Below, in pieces: positions 61,203 to 64,000 of a DNA stretch of 64,000 bases. The number at the start of each line of letters is the position of its first letter. Position 1 is the first letter of the stretch. This stretch comes from Squalus acanthias (Eukaryota): positions 5,456,001 through 5,520,000 of the forward strand of contig CM059433.1 of the NCBI GenBank assembly GCA_030390025.1, read 5' to 3'. The translations under genes and the position numbers were made by a program. Under the pieces are notes generated by a model. It saw only the letters and a list, made by a program, of their open reading frames with translations, did not search any database and had not been told where the DNA came from.

Positions 61203-64000
61203 AAGCCTGGAAACTTGGCTCCGTAGCGCCCGATTTTTTGGCGTTACAGGCGCCGTTTGGTGTCGAAAATGGCATCCGTGCGCGCATACTTCTGGTGCCG
61301 GACGCCATTTTGGTAAGGTCATCTGCGTCGGTGCAGGGACCGTGCGCCGGGAGTATGCAGAGTACGCAGATCGTGATGTCAATCAGCGTGCAACACTGAT
61401 TAGCGGTACCAGTGAACACAACACCAATTCCACATTCACCCACAGTCCCACACCTTACCTTCCCTCTATTACGGACCATCACAGTGCTACAACAAAAGCC
61501 ACCACAAAACAAACATTCCAAACCAACTTTATGCACCAATCCATCCAATATTACACAACAAAGTCAACTAATAACCGTTGTGCATTCCCTTAGTACCTTT
61601 CTTGCATGTGCCTTTGCCTGTCCTAGTGATCCTATGCAGTGCTACCCCAGTGGCTGCAGCATGGATCGTGGAAGGCTGCTGACTTGCAGCGGGGGAGACT
61701 GTAGATGGCTTTGCAGAACGACCTCGAGCAGCTCTGGACCTAGAAGGCCCGGCTTTAGACTTCACCACCTTGGCATGGGCGGCAGCAGTCTGGGCTGGCT
61801 GGCTGACAGGCAATAGCAAGGGCACTGGTGGAGAATTTTTTTAATTCGTTCATGGGATGTGGGCGTCGCTGGCAAGGCCAGCATTTATTGCCCATCCCTA
61901 ATTGCCCTTGAGAAGGTGGTGGTGAGCCGCCTTCCTGAACCGCTGCAGTCCGTGTGGTGAAGGTGCTCCCACAGTGCTGTTAGGTAGGGAGTTCCAGGAT
62001 TTTGACCCAGCGATGATGAAGGATCGGCGATATACTTTTAAGTCAGGATGGTGTGTGACTTGGAGGGGAAGTTGGAGGTGGTGGTGTTCCCATGCGCCTG
62101 CTGCCCTTGTCCTTCTAGGTGGAAGAGGTTGCGGGTTTGGGAGGTGCTGCTGAAGAAGACTTGGCGAGTTGCTGCAGTGCATCTTGTAGATGGTGCACAC
62201 TGCAGCCACGGTACGCCGGTGGTGGAGGGAGTGAATGTTTAAGGTGGTGGATGGGGCGCCCATCAAGCGGGCTGCTTTGTCCTGGATGGTGTCGAGCTTC
62301 TTGAGTGTTGTTGGAGCTGCACTCATCCAGGCAAGTGGAGAGTATTCCATCACACTCCTTGTAGATGGTGGAAAGGCTTTGGGGAGTCAGGAGGTGAGAC
62401 ACTCGCCGCAGAATACCCAGCCTCCGACCTGCTCTTGTTGCCACAGTATTTATGTGGCAGTGGTGGGAGGATGAATGCTGTCATCCTGGGAGAGGACAGC
62501 AGGTTCATACTCCACAGACCCACTGCCACTCCCCCGGGGCGGCGCCTCAGAAATCCTAATAATCTGTTGGAGGACAGATTGCTGGAATGCTGTGACACCC
62601 TGCAAGCCCGTTTCCACACTGGTAACTGCAGCCATGATGGCAGCAGTCTGTGCCTGCGTGGCAACAAGCTGAACTTGCATGACTTCAGTCTGAGCTTCCG
62701 CTGCAGCACTCAGACGTTGGGTTTCTTCTGCTTGTGCTGCAATGGAAGCTGAGACATTGGCCATCAGATGCTGCATCATGGTTGGGTCCACAAGTGTGGT
62801 AATGGATCTGCCCACCACTTTCAAGCCCTGCGCAAAGCCCTGTGCAAGGTTGGTGCTGGACTCCTCCATAGTCCTTGACGTTGCATTCAGGCTTTCTGGC
62901 AGGCCTGCCAATGCACCAAGCATTTCATTGTGCATACCTACCAGCCTTCTTCTGTAGGCTGCCCCATCAAGGTCCTCATCTGAGCCCTCTGCAGCAGAAC
63001 TCGTGTGCGATCTTGCCCTCCGGGGAGCTGGCACATGCTACTCTTTCCCCCTGCCCTGGCTGCAGCCCACTCATGCCTGGTGACTCACCACGTGCAGATC
63101 CCGCGTCTATGCTACCATCTAAAGTACGCGCATTGCCAGTATCTGAGCTGGTGGGTGCGAGTGTGAGATAGAGTGACGGTGTTTCTTCTTCATCAGTGTC
63201 ATCTTTCTCTTCCACCACTGCCTGCCCAGATTAGAGTTCTTGGGTGTCTGAAAGGAGAAAGGCATAAGGGTAGGGTTGTGGTGAAGAGAGGGGGGCGGGG
63301 GAAGCAAGACTTGCATGCTTACACCATGTGCAGCTTGTAAATCAGAAGAGATTGTGGGATGAGGGGGAAGTGGGTTGTGAGAAGGAGAATTTGGTATGAG
63401 CATACCATCAGCTTCAACGGTTCCTCAGTCACGGTCGCTCCAATAATGCCACTGTCCACTGTCTCCTCCATCGGGGTTAGGCTGTGCAGACGCGCCTGTC
63501 CCCCTCCGGTTAGCTGCTGCTGCCTGTGGTTGTGCGCCACCTTCTCCTGCAAGAGAGGGAAGTGTGTCATGAGTGTGGTGCAATGTGTTTGGTTGATGTG
63601 GCTGTCATGGTTGAATAGTTGGCAGTGTGTGCAAGCTGTGAGATGTGGGTGTGAGGCTTGCCGCAGTGGTAACTGTGTGAGGGTGAGGTAGAGCATATGA
63701 ATGTTAGTCGTGATTGATAGAGATTGTTGGTAGGTGAGTGATGGGGGTGTGGTGCATTGAGCAGTGTGTGAGTCTAGTGGTGCAGTTGGTGGGATATGGT
63801 ATTTTGGATATATTCACTGACCTTGACGACTTGTGTGAGGTCATGGAACTTCTTTTGGCACTGCATCCAGGTCCTCGGGGCAACACTGCTGGCATTTACC
63901 TCCACGGCTATCTGCTCCCACGGCCTTTGCAGTGTCTATCTGGAGGAACTTCTGCCCCCTGTGGATACAGGACCTCTCTCCTCCTGTCCACCTCCTACAC
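61203..64000 (-). mobile_element. Harbinger derivative with a spliced Myb/SANT and coiled-coil partner gene; runs off the window
   Basis: Minus-strand exons: >64000-63822 (WEQIAVEVNA..WMQCQKKFHDL, donor GTCAGT), 63546-63406 (TTGCAG| .. |GTATGC), 63247 onward (TTTCAG|), Q/A-rich ORF 62450-63034. Confidence 0.85.
61835..62452 (-). mobile_element. Third-family LINE 3' fragment nested in the Harbinger
   Basis: ORF 61898-62353 near-identical to 49161-49616. Confidence 0.92.

Noticed and set aside
1..64000. CRISPR arrays, operons or other prokaryotic systems
   Set aside because: No regularly spaced repeat-spacer array or gene-dense organisation; the content is vertebrate repeat DNA.

Overview
Eukaryotic, repeat-dominated DNA with no protein-coding host exon that I can support. 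The repeat content (CR1 and L2 LINEs, a third CR1-group LINE, SacSINE1-like DeuSINEs, Penelope-like elements, many PIF/Harbinger elements) points to an intron or intergenic region of a cartilaginous fish (shark-like); this is inferred from repeat families. Most listed ORFs are decayed transposon fragments or antisense shadows of them. Main observations: (1) six minimal type I hammerhead ribozyme motifs in two Penelope-type families, including a 207-bp near-perfect hairpin insertion with a 14-bp TSD and a recurrent CCGANGA core variant; (2) a four-level nest, CR1(-) > CR1(+) > solo LTR > Harbinger MITE; (3) a 99-bp copy of flanking DNA inside a Penelope insertion; (4) a Harbinger derivative bounded by two Myb-side ends; (5) two same-family MITEs at mirror positions of one Penelope palindrome; (6) a few repeat-free islands with candidate regulatory or structured-RNA signals. 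All calls come from reading the sequence; no searches were run. Boundaries without a quoted TIR or TSD are approximate.
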